A stretch of DNA of 64,000 nt, from the NCBI GenBank assembly GCA_964635655.1, contig CAZWOC010000007.1:44605-108604 (forward strand), read 5' to 3'. Positions 18,982 through 29,155 of the stretch are shown piece after piece (position 1 is the stretch's first letter; each line of letters opens with the position of its first letter). The stretch is from an uncultured Rikenella sp. Its GTDB lineage: Bacteria > Bacteroidota > Bacteroidia > Bacteroidales > VadinHA17. Made by a program: the position numbers and the translations under genes. The notes under the pieces are model-generated. The model made no database searches and was not told the origin of the DNA. It worked only from the letters and a program-made list of their open reading frames with translations.

Positions 18982-21821
18982 CAGAATCAGACAACGATAA
19001 AAGACTTTTTTTACTCGATGCCTATGCATTGATATTCAGGTCATATTACGCCTTCATCAGAAATCCCCGCGTTACTTCAAAGGGGATGAATACCTCGGCA
19101 ATTTTCGGATTCCTCTTAACCCTTGAGGATCTGCTTTCAAAACAGAAACCATCGCATATTGCGGTTGTTTTCGACCCGCCGGGACCCACATTCAGGACTG
19201 AGATATACCCGGCATACAAGGCTAACCGTGACGCAACGCCGGAAGATATCAGGATAGCCGTTCCGTATATCAAGCGGCTCCTTGAAGGTTTCCGGATACC
19301 GGTGATCGAAGTGCCCGGGTTTGAGGCTGACGATGTGATCGGAACACTTGCCCGCATGGCTTCAGAACAGGGATACCATGCGTTCATGATGACACCCGAC
19401 AAGGATTTTGCACAGCTTGTAACCGACAATGTGGTCATGTACAGGCCGGGACGCTCAGGAGGTGAAGCTGAGATATGGGGCAGGGAAGAAATTGTCAGGG
19501 AATACGGCGTGCCGCCGGAACATATCACCGATCTGCTGGGGCTGATGGGAGACACCTCCGACAATATCCCCGGAGCTCCGGGAATAGGCCCTAAAACAGC
19601 CTGTAAGCTCATTTCGGAGCACGGGACGATCGAAAGCCTTCTTGAAAAAACATCGGCCCTCCAGGGCCGCCAAAAGGAGATAATCGGGCAAAACAGGGAT
19701 CAGATACTCCTTTCAAAGCGTCTCGCTACAATCGAACAGAATGTCCCGGTCGAATTCCATCACACCCTTTTTCACAGGCAGGAGCCTGATACCGATGCAC
19801 TCAGGAGACTTTACGAAGAGCTTGAGTTCCGCACTATGGCCTCCAGACTGTCTGCCCGGGATCTCGGGCGGCAGGCTGTACCCGGTGTGGCATCGCAACA
19901 GGCTTTCGACAATCCCGGGCGGGAGTCCCGGCCGGCTGCCGCAAGGCAGCTAGCCACAGAATCACAGGGCCTGCTGTTCGGAGAAACCGCCTCCCCGGCT
20001 GTTACATTACTGGCCGGAATAGGCACCACCCCTCATAAGTATACACTCATAGAGACTGAAGAGGAGTGTGTCAGGCTTGCATCGGATCTGTCACAGCTTA
20101 CCGATTTCTGCTTTGATACCGAGACTGACTCGCTTGATCCGCTCAATGCCCGGCTTGTCTCTGTGGCATTTTCATGGGAGAAGGGTTCCGGCACCATGCT
20201 ATGGCTCCCGCCTGAGAGAGACCTTGCACTGAAGCTTCTCAAACCTCTCACCCCGGTTTTTGAAAACGAAAGAATCCGGAAAACCGGCCAGAACCTGAAG
20301 TTTGACATACAGGTGCTTTCGGGGTATGGCATCAGCGTCAGAGGGCCGCTCTTCGACACAATGCTGGCTCATTACCTGCTTGAGCCTGACATGCGACACA
20401 ACATGGACCTCCTTTCTGAACAGTACCTGGGCTATGAACCTGTTCATATTGAGGAGCTCATCGGTGAACGCGGCCCGAAGCAGAAGACGATGAGAGATGT
20501 CGACAAGGAGCGGGTGAAGGAGTACTCTGTCGAAGATACCGACGTCACCTGGCAGCTGATGAAGATCTTCGAGCCGATGCTTGTGAAGCAGGAACTCGAC
20601 AGGCTGGCAGCCGATGTCGAAATGCCTCTCGTCAGGGTTCTGGCAGCCATGGAACGTGACGGTGTCCTGATTGATGAAACCGTTCTGAAGACATATGCCG
20701 TCTCATTACGCGAATCCATAATCAGGCTTGAACATGAAATTTATTCCCTTGCAGGACATGAATTCAACATTTCATCCCCGAAACAGCTTGGTGATATTCT
20801 GTTCGTCAGGCTCCGCCTCGATGAGAACGCCAGGCTCACAAAGACAAAGCAATATCGTACCGACGAAGAGGTGCTGCAGCGCCTGACCGGCAAACACCCG
20901 GTTGTTGAAAAGGTACTTGAATACCGTGGTCTGAAGAAACTGCTGTCGACATATGTAGAGGCTCTTCCGCTTCTTGCCGATCGCGGAACCGGACGGATAC
21001 ATACAACGTACAACCAGGCAGTCGCCTCCACAGGGAGGCTCAGTTCCACCAACCCGAACCTTCAGAATATTCCTGTCCGTGATGCGGAGGGCAGGGAAAT
21101 ACGCAAAGCTTTCATTCCGGAGAAGGGGAAGATATTTCTGAGTGCCGACTATTCTCAGATTGAACTGAGACTGATGGCTCATCTCAGTGGTGACAGCACG
21201 ATGATATCCGATTTTCTTTCCGGCCAGGACATTCACTCTGCGACAGCATCGAAGATCTTTGGAGTTCCGGTTTCAGAGGTGACCCGCGAAATGCGTGCAA
21301 GGGCCAAGACGGCGAACTTCGGGATCATCTACGGAATCTCGGCTTTCGGCCTTTCTGAGCGGCTGACAATTGGCCGGAAAGAGGCGAAAGAGCTGATTGA
21401 CGGCTACTTCGCCTCTTATCCCGGGGTAAAGGCATACATGGATGAAAGCATACGGAGGGCACGGGAGTCAGGTTATGTTACAACGATGTTCGGCCGGAGA
21501 CGTTATCTTCCTGATATTCATTCGAGAAACCAGGTTGTTCGTGGAAACGCAGAAAGAAACGCCATAAATGCTCCCCTGCAGGGAAGCGCCGCAGACATTA
21601 TCAAGATTGCAATGATCAGAATAGCTTCGAGGCTTGAACGGGAGATGCCACAGGCAAAAATGATCCTCCAGGTGCACGATGAACTTATTTTCGAGGTAGG
21701 TGAGGAATATGCGGACAAGCTTGCCGTGCTTGTCAGGGAGGAGATGTCCGGAGCCGCGCATCTGAGTGTTCCGCTTGAGGTGGATACGGGTACGGGTTAT
21801 AACTGGCTGGAGGCACACTGA
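18957..21821 (+). CDS. polA: DNA polymerase I
   Basis: 954 aa. 5'-nuclease N-terminus. Family A motifs DYSQIELRLMAH, RARAKTANFGIIYG and QVHDEL. The start (GTG 18957 or GTG 18978) is uncertain. Confidence 0.95.
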   Translation: MACIRQHVTESDNDKRLFLLDAYALIFRSYYAFIRNPRVTSKGMNTSAIFGFLLTLEDLLSKQKPSHIAVVFDPPGPTFRTEIYPAYKANRDATPEDIRIAVPYIKRLLEGFRIPVIEVPGFEADDVIGTLARMASEQGYHAFMMTPDKDFAQLVTDNVVMYRPGRSGGEAEIWGREEIVREYGVPPEHITDLLGLMGDTSDNIPGAPGIGPKTACKLISEHGTIESLLEKTSALQGRQKEIIGQNRDQILLSKRLATIEQNVPVEFHHTLFHRQEPDTDALRRLYEELEFRTMASRLSARDLGRQAVPGVASQQAFDNPGRESRPAAARQLATESQGLLFGETASPAVTLLAGIGTTPHKYTLIETEEECVRLASDLSQLTDFCFDTETDSLDPLNARLVSVAFSWEKGSGTMLWLPPERDLALKLLKPLTPVFENERIRKTGQNLKFDIQVLSGYGISVRGPLFDTMLAHYLLEPDMRHNMDLLSEQYLGYEPVHIEELIGERGPKQKTMRDVDKERVKEYSVEDTDVTWQLMKIFEPMLVKQELDRLAADVEMPLVRVLAAMERDGVLIDETVLKTYAVSLRESIIRLEHEIYSLAGHEFNISSPKQLGDILFVRLRLDENARLTKTKQYRTDEEVLQRLTGKHPVVEKVLEYRGLKKLLSTYVEALPLLADRGTGRIHTTYNQAVASTGRLSSTNPNLQNIPVRDAEGREIRKAFIPEKGKIFLSADYSQIELRLMAHLSGDSTMISDFLSGQDIHSATASKIFGVPVSEVTREMRARAKTANFGIIYGISAFGLSERLTIGRKEAKELIDGYFASYPGVKAYMDESIRRARESGYVTTMFGRRRYLPDIHSRNQVVRGNAERNAINAPLQGSAADIIKIAMIRIASRLEREMPQAKMILQVHDELIFEVGEEYADKLAVLVREEMSGAAHLSVPLEVDTGTGYNWLEAH

Positions 21822-21823
21822 CG

Positions 21824-22060
21824 ATGGGAGTAACAGTTACAGTGCTCTATTTCGGGGAGGCACAGGATAAGGCCGGTATCAAGGAAGAAAAAATTGTGGC
21901 TGAGGATACGTCTTCACTTCGCAATATTCTGATTGCTAAATACCCGGCACTGGCCCGGGTACCCTTCAGGCTGGCGCTTAACAGGTCTTTGCTTAAAGAG
22001 GAGTCACCACTTTCAAAAGGTGACATAATTGCAGTACTGCCGCCTTTCCAGGGAGGCTGA
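21824..22060 (+). CDS. moaD: MoaD/ThiS-family sulfur carrier protein
   Basis: 78 aa with a beta-grasp pattern. It ends in ...PPFQGG, the C-terminal Gly-Gly. Confidence 0.7.
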   Translation: MGVTVTVLYFGEAQDKAGIKEEKIVAEDTSSLRNILIAKYPALARVPFRLALNRSLLKEESPLSKGDIIAVLPPFQGG

Positions 22061-22078
22061 ACAAAACACTTTCAAAAC

Positions 22079-22480
22079 ATGAAAAGAAGGTATCTGACAG
22101 AGGGCCCGATAACACCCGATCTCATTTCCGGGCTGATGACACTTGGAAACGATGATGCCGGTGCAGGAGCAGTATCGGTATTCATAGGCAGGGTGCGTGA
22201 CGACGAAGCGGATGGACGGAGAGTGACAGCCATCGAATATTCAGCATACGAGGATATGGCCGAAAAAGAGACGGATGAAATTGTCAGGACTGTAAGATCA
22301 GCCTTCAGTGACGTAAGGTCGGTCATAATCGTGCATTCGGTCGGCCTGGTGAAAGCAGGGGAGACGTCATTGTTTATTATGATTGCCTCGGGTCACCGCG
22401 ATCAGGCTACCCGGGCATGCCGTCACGCCCTTGAAATGGTGAAGGAACGGCTTCCGGTCTATAAGAAGGAAATATTCTGA
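22079..22480 (+). CDS. moaE: molybdopterin synthase catalytic subunit
   Basis: 133 aa. ...SGHRDQATRACRHALEMVKERLPVYKKE is a MoaE-like C-terminus. Confidence 0.8.
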   Translation: MKRRYLTEGPITPDLISGLMTLGNDDAGAGAVSVFIGRVRDDEADGRRVTAIEYSAYEDMAEKETDEIVRTVRSAFSDVRSVIIVHSVGLVKAGETSLFIMIASGHRDQATRACRHALEMVKERLPVYKKEIF

Positions 22481-22510
22481 TACTGAATCAGACCGTACAG
22501 TTCTTGCGGT

Positions 22511-24178
22511 TCATTTTCCTGCCGGTGCCTTCAGCAGTGAATTATAGCGTGCCCTGTCGCCCGCAATGTTTATGGCTTCCCTGATCTGTGTGTCACGGTT
22601 TACGGAATACTCCACCATCCCCCAGTCATAGAAATACCGGCCGGCAAGCTCTGACTCGATCAGTTCAGTCACCTCCGGACTGTAATTTGCCATCTCCCGT
22701 TCCAGCGTATGGCTGAGCCCTGACTTCAGCTGACCGAGCAATTCACTGTTCGAATTGTAAAGCCCCTCCGCTCTTGCTGACGAGACCAGTTCTTCGAGGA
22801 TGCTTTCGGATTCAGTTTTGTATGTAAACTTCTTTCCCTCCAGGAAGGTTCTGAAATTCAAAAGGTCATCACCTGTAATCTTCATGCTGTCAAGGGTTGA
22901 CGGCTGTGGGTGCGACCAGTAGTATTCTGTTGCAAAGTCAAATATCATGTTCTGGACATAGAGTTCGCTTGCAAAACTGTTCAGTATGTCAGAGGAGACT
23001 GTGATGTCAGGTATGATCCCGCCCCCGTCCCTGACGGGTCTGCCGTTTTTTGTTCTGAATGTTTTTGTAAGTGAATCAGGTATTGCACCCACGCTTCCAT
23101 CCTCGTTCCGGTGCGAAAAATCGACTGCCTGTATACATCTGCCGCTTGGGATGTAATATTTGGCGGTTGTCATTTTGACCTGTGCCTTGTAGCTGAGAGG
23201 CCGGGCTACCTGTACAAGCCCTTTTCCGTATGACCTTTCTCCCACTATTATGCCACGGTCGAGATCCTGCAGGGCGCCGGCAACGATTTCCGAAGCAGAA
23301 GCGGATCCCCTGTTTATAAGAACCACCACAGGCATGTCAGGTGCAACGGGTGCCTTTGTGGTTTTGAAAACAGCATCATACTGTTTTGCCCGGCCCCTGG
23401 TGCTGACTACTTCCTGACCGGGCCTGACGAACAGATTTACAATCTCAACAGCCTCATTAACAAGCCCTCCCGGGTTGCTCCTAAGATCCAGTATCAGGTC
23501 TTCGGCTCCCTGATTGGCCTTAAGGTCAAGCAGTGCTTCCCTTACCTCGGATATGCAGTTTTGGGTGAAGTTGGTGAACCTGATGTAACCGGTGTTTTCA
23601 TCAACCATGCCGTAGTAAGGCACTGCTGATATTGCAATTTTCTCCCTTTTCAATTTTTTTGTCAGATCCTGTCCGTTGCGCCTGATGATTATCTCGGCTT
23701 CGGTTCCGGGTTCGCCCTTAAGCATGTCCGAGGCCTTGTCGGAAGACACCCCTTTAAGCGACGTACCGTCGATGCTGATCATAAGATCTCCCGGCCTGAT
23801 GCCGTTCCTGTCAGCAGGGAATCCCTTATAGACATTGGTGACGATTATGTAATCTCCTGATTTCCTGATGAGAGATCCGAAACCTCCATACTTTCCGGTT
23901 GTCATGAAATCAAGATCACCGGTTTCCTCCTCGGAATAATAGACTGTGTAGGGATCAAGTGTTGCAAGCATGCTGTTTATGCTCCTTGTGACCAGCTTTT
24001 CAGGGTCTATCTCATCGACATAAAACGCATTGAGTTCCCTGAACAGGGAAAAATAGATGTCAAGGTTCTTTGTGAGTTTGAAGTCTTTGTTCTCCTGGCC
24101 TCCCATGAGAAATCCGAGGGAAATTACAACTGCCACTACAGCCACCGGAACCAGCAGAAGCCTCTTTTTTCTGTTCAT
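22511..24178 (-). CDS. S41 family C-terminal processing peptidase
   Basis: PDZ domain plus S41 core (RGSASASEIVAGALQD...YGKG). I moved the start to MNRKKRLLLV (N-terminal TM/signal) at 24178. The ORF-track start at 24226 would overlap rnpA. Confidence 0.88.
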   Translation of the reverse strand: MNRKKRLLLVPVAVVAVVISLGFLMGGQENKDFKLTKNLDIYFSLFRELNAFYVDEIDPEKLVTRSINSMLATLDPYTVYYSEEETGDLDFMTTGKYGGFGSLIRKSGDYIIVTNVYKGFPADRNGIRPGDLMISIDGTSLKGVSSDKASDMLKGEPGTEAEIIIRRNGQDLTKKLKREKIAISAVPYYGMVDENTGYIRFTNFTQNCISEVREALLDLKANQGAEDLILDLRSNPGGLVNEAVEIVNLFVRPGQEVVSTRGRAKQYDAVFKTTKAPVAPDMPVVVLINRGSASASEIVAGALQDLDRGIIVGERSYGKGLVQVARPLSYKAQVKMTTAKYYIPSGRCIQAVDFSHRNEDGSVGAIPDSLTKTFRTKNGRPVRDGGGIIPDITVSSDILNSFASELYVQNMIFDFATEYYWSHPQPSTLDSMKITGDDLLNFRTFLEGKKFTYKTESESILEELVSSARAEGLYNSNSELLGQLKSGLSHTLEREMANYSPEVTELIESELAGRYFYDWGMVEYSVNRDTQIREAINIAGDRARYNSLLKAPAGK

Positions 24179-24197
24179 AAATGAAATTTTCACAAAG

Positions 24198-24590
24198 TTA
24201 ATATTTAAGCTCTGACACCCTTGCAATAATATCCGTTATACATTTCTCTGCAACCGTGTAAGACCTGATCATATTATCAGTCCATACAATTGCAAGGTCG
24301 GCACGTCGTCCCTTCTGTTGCATAACAAGGATCAGGGGAGCTTTGTTTTTCCGCCAGGCTTCCTTCAGCCTCCTTCTCATCAGGTTTCTGTCGACGGCCT
24401 TTTTGAAATGCCTTTTGGGCACTGTTATCAGGACTCTGACAGGCTGCAGGTCGGGGCTGGCAGGGGCAAATCTGCAGATTACCCTTACAGAAGGCATGTT
24501 GATAGTCCGCCCTTTTGTAAAAAGCTCGCTGACAGCTTTCACCCCGCAGAGCCGTTCGCTTTTTTTAAATGATTCCGCCCGCTGTGTCAT
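24198..24590 (-). CDS. rnpA: ribonuclease P protein component
   Basis: About 130 basic aa. VPKRHFKKAVDRNLMRRRLKEAWR. ATG at 24590 (the ORF opens at TTG 24596). Confidence 0.85.
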   Translation of the reverse strand: MTQRAESFKKSERLCGVKAVSELFTKGRTINMPSVRVICRFAPASPDLQPVRVLITVPKRHFKKAVDRNLMRRRLKEAWRKNKAPLILVMQQKGRRADLAIVWTDNMIRSYTVAEKCITDIIARVSELKY

Positions 24591-24596
24591 GACCAA

Positions 24597-24629
24597 AAAG
24601 AAAGCATCGATCCGGGTGGATGGATGCTT
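24597..24629 (-). terminator. weak terminator-like hairpin plus U-run abutting the rnpA start
   Basis: Minus strand reads AAGCAUC-(14 nt)-GAUGCUU then UCUUUUUGGUC-AUG. The stem is 7 bp. Confidence 0.3.
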
Positions 24630-24702
24630 CCGGGTTTGTTTTATGTATTTCCGGCGCTTGTTTTTTCCCGGTTATACGCTCGTTAATTATCTCCTGTCAG
24701 CG

Positions 24703-25452
24703 TTATTTGTTGTTCTTGTTATAATCTTTCAGGAAGTTGTCGAGTGCCATAGTCATTGAAGGAGCCTTGGGGTTCGGGGCCTGCAGGTCAAGCCTGAAGC
24801 CTTCATTGGTCACTGCTTCGGCGGTGGTGGGCCCGAAGGCGGCAATTTTGACTTCACCCTGAACAAATGTCGGGAAATTCTCCTTGAGAGATTTTATTCC
24901 CGAAGGGCTGAAGAAGATAAGCATGTCATAATCAAGCTCGGTGGAGTTGAAATCGCGGCTGATTGTCCTGTACATCGTACCTATTGTATACCTGATCTTA
25001 TGCCCTGTAAGGAGTTCGGGAATATCTGACTTGTGAGGATCAGAGAGCGGTACGAAGAAGTTTTCTTCCTTATGCTTGATTATGACATCGATGAGGTCTT
25101 CGAAGTTGGCTTTGCCATGGAAAATCTTGCGCTTCCTGTAGACGATGTATTTCTGAAGGTAAAAGGCAACGTTCTCCGTAATGCAGAAGTACTTCATCGT
25201 ATCCGGAACTGTGAAGCGCATCTCCTCACATATCCTGAAATAGTGGTCAATTGCAGTCTTTGATGTGAAAATAATTGCAGTAAAGTCACCAAGGTTGACC
25301 TTTTGCTGCCGGAAATCCTTTGCAGAGATGCCTTCAATCTGAATGAACTGTTTGAAATCAATCTTCAGATTGTATTTTTTAGCGAGCTCGAAATATGGTG
25401 ATTTCGGATTGTTTGGCTCAGGCTGCGACACTAATACCTTCCTTATTTTCAA
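24703..25452 (-). CDS. uroporphyrinogen-III synthase (HemD) family protein
   Basis: 249 aa. Two-lobe HemD-like pattern (ILVSQPEP-like N-terminus, IIFTSKTAIDHYF, IAAFGPTTA). Confidence 0.6.
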   Translation of the reverse strand: MKIRKVLVSQPEPNNPKSPYFELAKKYNLKIDFKQFIQIEGISAKDFRQQKVNLGDFTAIIFTSKTAIDHYFRICEEMRFTVPDTMKYFCITENVAFYLQKYIVYRKRKIFHGKANFEDLIDVIIKHKEENFFVPLSDPHKSDIPELLTGHKIRYTIGTMYRTISRDFNSTELDYDMLIFFSPSGIKSLKENFPTFVQGEVKIAAFGPTTAEAVTNEGFRLDLQAPNPKAPSMTMALDNFLKDYNKNNK

Positions 25453-25494
25453 AGCCTTAAGTTTTTAGTTCAACCTTCACATTCATGCCGCCGG

Positions 25495-26352
25495 TCAGAA
25501 TACACCAAGTATTTTGAGAATGACCAGTACTGGCAGAACTTCAAGGGCACAAAGGTACAAAATGAAATAAAAAATAGAAACACGCCTGTCATGAAAAATT
25601 GAAAGCAATCTTAAGGCTTTGATTAACAGAAATATAGTCATAATAATCAGTCCTGCTATTATGAATGGCAGCGGGTTCTGCAACGGTGCATAAAGGAAAA
25701 TTCCGTTAAGTGGGAAAAGGAATAGTGAGCAGGCGAACCAGATGTTGTAGACTACATTGACATATTCCCTGAAAAGTATTTTTATACCGGTGGCTGCAGC
25801 AAGAATCATGCATGTGAGGTGCCTGAGAAGCAGTGCTGCCAGGACGGAGGCTGCAAGAACTGCTGTCAGCCCTGGTGAACCGCCGAAAAGACCGGGGTCA
25901 ACCAGGCCGGGTGCCAGGAGGGCGGTTGAGGCAAACAGGCCGACATTAATCATTGTAAAAAGATTCCGGATAACCGGCGGCCATGAAAACACTTCTGACG
26001 TGCCTGCCGGAACCGATTCTTCATGTCTTCGCAAACTGATGGAAGAGAGGCCATTGAGTATGCTTCTGCGGCCGAATACGGTAAGCAGGGTGATCAGCAG
26101 CAGTGACAGCGAGAGAAGGATGAAGCCCGTGTCTGTGCTTACAGTCACAGGGGGCCTGGGCACTCCGTCAATACGTTCAATGTTGCGGATATAACCTGCG
26201 GTAAGCCCGCCGGCTTTCTCCCCGGAGCCGGTCACCTCTTCCGTAGCGGACAGCAGGGGTATGATCCGGCCTAAACTGAACTCTGTCTGCCAAACGGGAA
26301 GATTGAGAGTATCAGCAGCAACACTGATCGTATCGCCCGGACTGTTGACCAT
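25495..26352 (-). CDS. multi-pass membrane protein (DUF4271-like, tentative)
   Basis: 285 aa with about 6 TM helices in the C-terminal two thirds. The position next to the HemD-like gene matches what I recall for DUF4271. Confidence 0.45.
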   Translation of the reverse strand: MVNSPGDTISVAADTLNLPVWQTEFSLGRIIPLLSATEEVTGSGEKAGGLTAGYIRNIERIDGVPRPPVTVSTDTGFILLSLSLLLITLLTVFGRRSILNGLSSISLRRHEESVPAGTSEVFSWPPVIRNLFTMINVGLFASTALLAPGLVDPGLFGGSPGLTAVLAASVLAALLLRHLTCMILAAATGIKILFREYVNVVYNIWFACSLFLFPLNGIFLYAPLQNPLPFIIAGLIIMTIFLLIKALRLLSIFHDRRVSIFYFILYLCALEVLPVLVILKILGVF

Positions 26353-26361
26353 GGCTGAATC

Positions 26362-27234
26362 CTAGAAATATGCCGGGGAGCCGGGATAGAGTTCTGACAG
26401 GATGTTGTTTGCCAGACGTGATGCTCCTATCCTGAAGTAGTCAGGTTTAAGCCACCTGGTTCCGAGCATTTTCCTTACGATAGAATAGTAAACAATTGCA
26501 TCGTCAGGAGTGACAATTCCTCCGGCCGGCTTGAACCCGATCATTATGCCGGTCTCGTTGTAATAATCTCTGATTGCCCTGCACATTACCCAGGCAGCTT
26601 CAGGAGTTGCAGAAACGGCGCTTTTGCCTGTCGAAGTTTTTATAAAGTCAGCTCCTGACTCCATCGCAATTATCGATGCCCTGTAAATGTTTCTCTCGTC
26701 CTTGAGCAATCCGGTTTCAAGGATCACCTTCAGGGTCTTGTCTCCTGCGGCTTCCCTTATTTCCTTCAGCTCGTCTATTACGGTGTCAAGGGATCCGTCG
26801 AGGAATGTCCCTACCGGGATTACCACATCGATCTCGTCAGCACCCATTCTTACAGCCATTGAGGTCTCGAGTATCTTAACCTCGGTGAATGTCTGGGCTG
26901 TGGGGAATGATGCGGCCACCACTGCCAGTCTCACCCCGCTGTTGCCAAGCCCTTCGTGTGCCACTTTTGCAAAGTTGGGATATACGCACAACGCTGCCAC
27001 ATTGCTGATGTCACTGAAACTGTAGCTGAGCCTGGAGGTTCTCTCTGCAAAGCTCCGGATTGAGGGTTCACTGTCCGAAGTGTTGAGGCTTGTAAGATCG
27101 AGATACGAGAAGACTTCCCTGAGAATGGATGCTCTTTCTTCGGGTCCGGGCATCCTTTTCGCCTCTGCAATGCATTCACCCATCTCACCCGGTGAATAGT
27201 CATGGTTTAAAAGCTTTTTATATAATTTGCTCAT
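26362..27234 (-). CDS. deoC: deoxyribose-phosphate aldolase
   Basis: 290 aa. Class I aldolase with the Schiff-base Lys context ADFIKTSTGK. Confidence 0.85.
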   Translation of the reverse strand: MSKLYKKLLNHDYSPGEMGECIAEAKRMPGPEERASILREVFSYLDLTSLNTSDSEPSIRSFAERTSRLSYSFSDISNVAALCVYPNFAKVAHEGLGNSGVRLAVVAASFPTAQTFTEVKILETSMAVRMGADEIDVVIPVGTFLDGSLDTVIDELKEIREAAGDKTLKVILETGLLKDERNIYRASIIAMESGADFIKTSTGKSAVSATPEAAWVMCRAIRDYYNETGIMIGFKPAGGIVTPDDAIVYYSIVRKMLGTRWLKPDYFRIGASRLANNILSELYPGSPAYF

Positions 27235-27329
27235 AATGAGTGTTATGTATGATCGGTTACAGACTGTTTGACTGCTGTCAAACGCGGATCAATTTAGTTG
27301 TTTTTGGTGAAAAGCAAATAAAATCCCGA

Positions 27330-28706
27330 CTATTTGCGAAGGCTTTTATTTCTTGCCAGTGAAGCGAAGATCCCGGCGAAGCAGAGAACCGAGAATACGA
27401 CAAATCCGCTTTTCATTGAATTCATGAGCTGGCTGTAGTTGGCAGGGTTGACTTTCTCCTGTCCCATATAAAGCGCAAGCAGCATCAGTGCTATTGCCAT
27501 GCTGAGGGTCTGTCCCACGTTCCTCATCGTGCCAAGCATTCCCGAGGCGTTGCCAAGCTGTCTCTTCTCAACAGAGCTCATGATTGCATTTGAATTTGGT
27601 GAGGAAAAAAGAGAAAACCCTGCTCCCATGATTACAAGGATTGTTATAACAAGAATCACAGAAGTCTGTTCTGTCAGGAAACAGAGCATAATCAACCCCA
27701 GGGAGGAGATCGCCATTCCGGTAGAAGCCATGACTCCCGGGTTGTGTTTGTCTGACAGCCTGCCTGCGACCGGTGAAATAAGTGCCATTGTCAGGGGCCA
27801 TGACATCAGGACCAACCCGGCGTCACGGGGCCCCATGTCCTTTATGTACTGGAGGAAGAGACTCAGAAAGAATCCTATTGCACTGGTGGCCGCATAGTGT
27901 ATAAGAGCCGCAAGGCTCGAAAAGGCAAAGACCCTGTTTTTTGAGATAAGTGATATGTCGAAAAGCGGGTGTACTGCCTTTTTCTCGCGGATAACGAACA
28001 ATGGCATCAGTAACAACCCGGATCCTGTTATAATCCATCCCCGGAGTGACGGAAGCTTTGAAAACCCGTACATAAGGGCAGCCATCGAGACTCCGTAAAT
28101 TACCGAACCGGCCCAGTCAAAACCCTCACCTCTTGACTCAGCCCATTCCCGTTTCATCCTTGTCCGGATGAGGATGAGGCTTACTATTCCCATAGGCACA
28201 AGGAAGGCGAAGATGCTCCTCCAGCCCAGGTAACGTGTCAGTAAACCGCCCAGGAACGGTCCGGAAGCCAGTCCGACATACACTGCGGTAACATTTATGC
28301 CCATTGCCCTCCCTCTTTCGCCCGGGGGAAAGACAGAGGTCAGGATGGCCATGTTTGTTCCGAACATCATTGCCCCCCCGACGCCCTGAAGCACTCTTAC
28401 CCCGATAAGCCACCTTACACCGGGGGTGAAGGAGAGCAGTATCATTGAAAGGGTAAAAATTATCAGGCCGGCGGTGAAAACCTTTCTCCGTCCGAGTATG
28501 TCTCCGGCCCTGCCTGCAGGGAGCAGAAGGATTGAGGTTGTAAGCATGTAGCTGCTTATAACCCAGTTAAGTGTAACAGCATTGAGACTGAATTCGTCAC
28601 CTATTGAAGGCAGAGCAAGGTTAACCGATGATCCCATGAAGGGAGTAAGAAAAGATGCAAAGGCGGTAACCGTCAGCACAGACCTCTTAAGTTCGCTTTC
28701 AGTCAT
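27330..28706 (-). CDS. MFS transporter (14-TM DHA2-like)
   Basis: 458 aa. GRAGDILGRRKVF motif. About 14 TM helices. Confidence 0.85.
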   Translation of the reverse strand: MTESELKRSVLTVTAFASFLTPFMGSSVNLALPSIGDEFSLNAVTLNWVISSYMLTTSILLLPAGRAGDILGRRKVFTAGLIIFTLSMILLSFTPGVRWLIGVRVLQGVGGAMMFGTNMAILTSVFPPGERGRAMGINVTAVYVGLASGPFLGGLLTRYLGWRSIFAFLVPMGIVSLILIRTRMKREWAESRGEGFDWAGSVIYGVSMAALMYGFSKLPSLRGWIITGSGLLLMPLFVIREKKAVHPLFDISLISKNRVFAFSSLAALIHYAATSAIGFFLSLFLQYIKDMGPRDAGLVLMSWPLTMALISPVAGRLSDKHNPGVMASTGMAISSLGLIMLCFLTEQTSVILVITILVIMGAGFSLFSSPNSNAIMSSVEKRQLGNASGMLGTMRNVGQTLSMAIALMLLALYMGQEKVNPANYSQLMNSMKSGFVVFSVLCFAGIFASLARNKSLRK

Positions 28707-29155
28707 TCCCTGTTCCTGCTGTCAATTATGATTGTTACCGGCCCGTCGTTCACCAGTTCGATATCCATCATCGCACCGAAAACACCCGTTGCCGGCTTTC
28801 TGGATGTCAGCGCCTCTGTTCTGGAGATGAATTCCTCATAAAGCGGAATAGCCTTTTCCGGTCTGGCTGCCCTGATATATGACGGCCTGTTTCCTTTTTT
28901 TGTGGATGCATGAAGTGTGAACTGGCTGACGATCATTATGTCGTTTCCCGTTTCGAGGGCAGACAGGTTCATCACTCCGTTACTGTCGTCAAACAGCCGC
29001 AGGTTTACAGTCTTGGAAGCAAGCCATCCTGCATCTTCAGGGGTGTCAGCCTCTTCGATACCTGTCAGCACAAGCAGTCCTTTTCCTATGGCGGAATGCA
29101 AGCTTCCGTCAATCGTGACGGAAGCTCTTTTTACTCTCTGTACAACTATCCTCAT
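28703..29155 (-). CDS. dtd: D-aminoacyl-tRNA deacylase
   Basis: 150 aa from MRIVVQRVKRASV (ATG at 29155). SQFTLHA...KGNRPSY. Confidence 0.92.
   Translation of the reverse strand: MRIVVQRVKRASVTIDGSLHSAIGKGLLVLTGIEEADTPEDAGWLASKTVNLRLFDDSNGVMNLSALETGNDIMIVSQFTLHASTKKGNRPSYIRAARPEKAIPLYEEFISRTEALTSRKPATGVFGAMMDIELVNDGPVTIIIDSRNRE

Noticed and set aside
19046-19612. 188-aa antisense ORF inside polA (similar cases at 9255-9833 in mnmG, 36726-37250 in the hybrid kinase and 50672-51175 opposite blaI)
   Set aside because: All are embedded antisense in well-supported genes, are rich in S/P/R/L as expected from antisense reading, and lack family motifs.
21824-22480. moaD-moaE pair directly behind polA, with no other molybdenum-cofactor genes nearby, as a possible non-Moco sulfur-relay system
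   Set aside because: Both products look like ordinary MoaD (C-terminal GG) and MoaE. Scattered Moco genes are common, and nothing in the sequence points to another role.
24179-24226. 16-codon N-terminal extension of the S41 peptidase ORF overlapping rnpA
   Set aside because: The internal MNRKKRLLLV start gives a normal signal/TM anchor and removes the 29-nt overlap with the rnpA 3' end.
27266-27283. Hairpin GTTTGAC-TGCT-GTCAAAC between the MFS transporter and deoC
   Set aside because: The stem is short and A/T-rich and no U-run follows on the coding (minus) strand, so I cannot call it a terminator or regulatory element.
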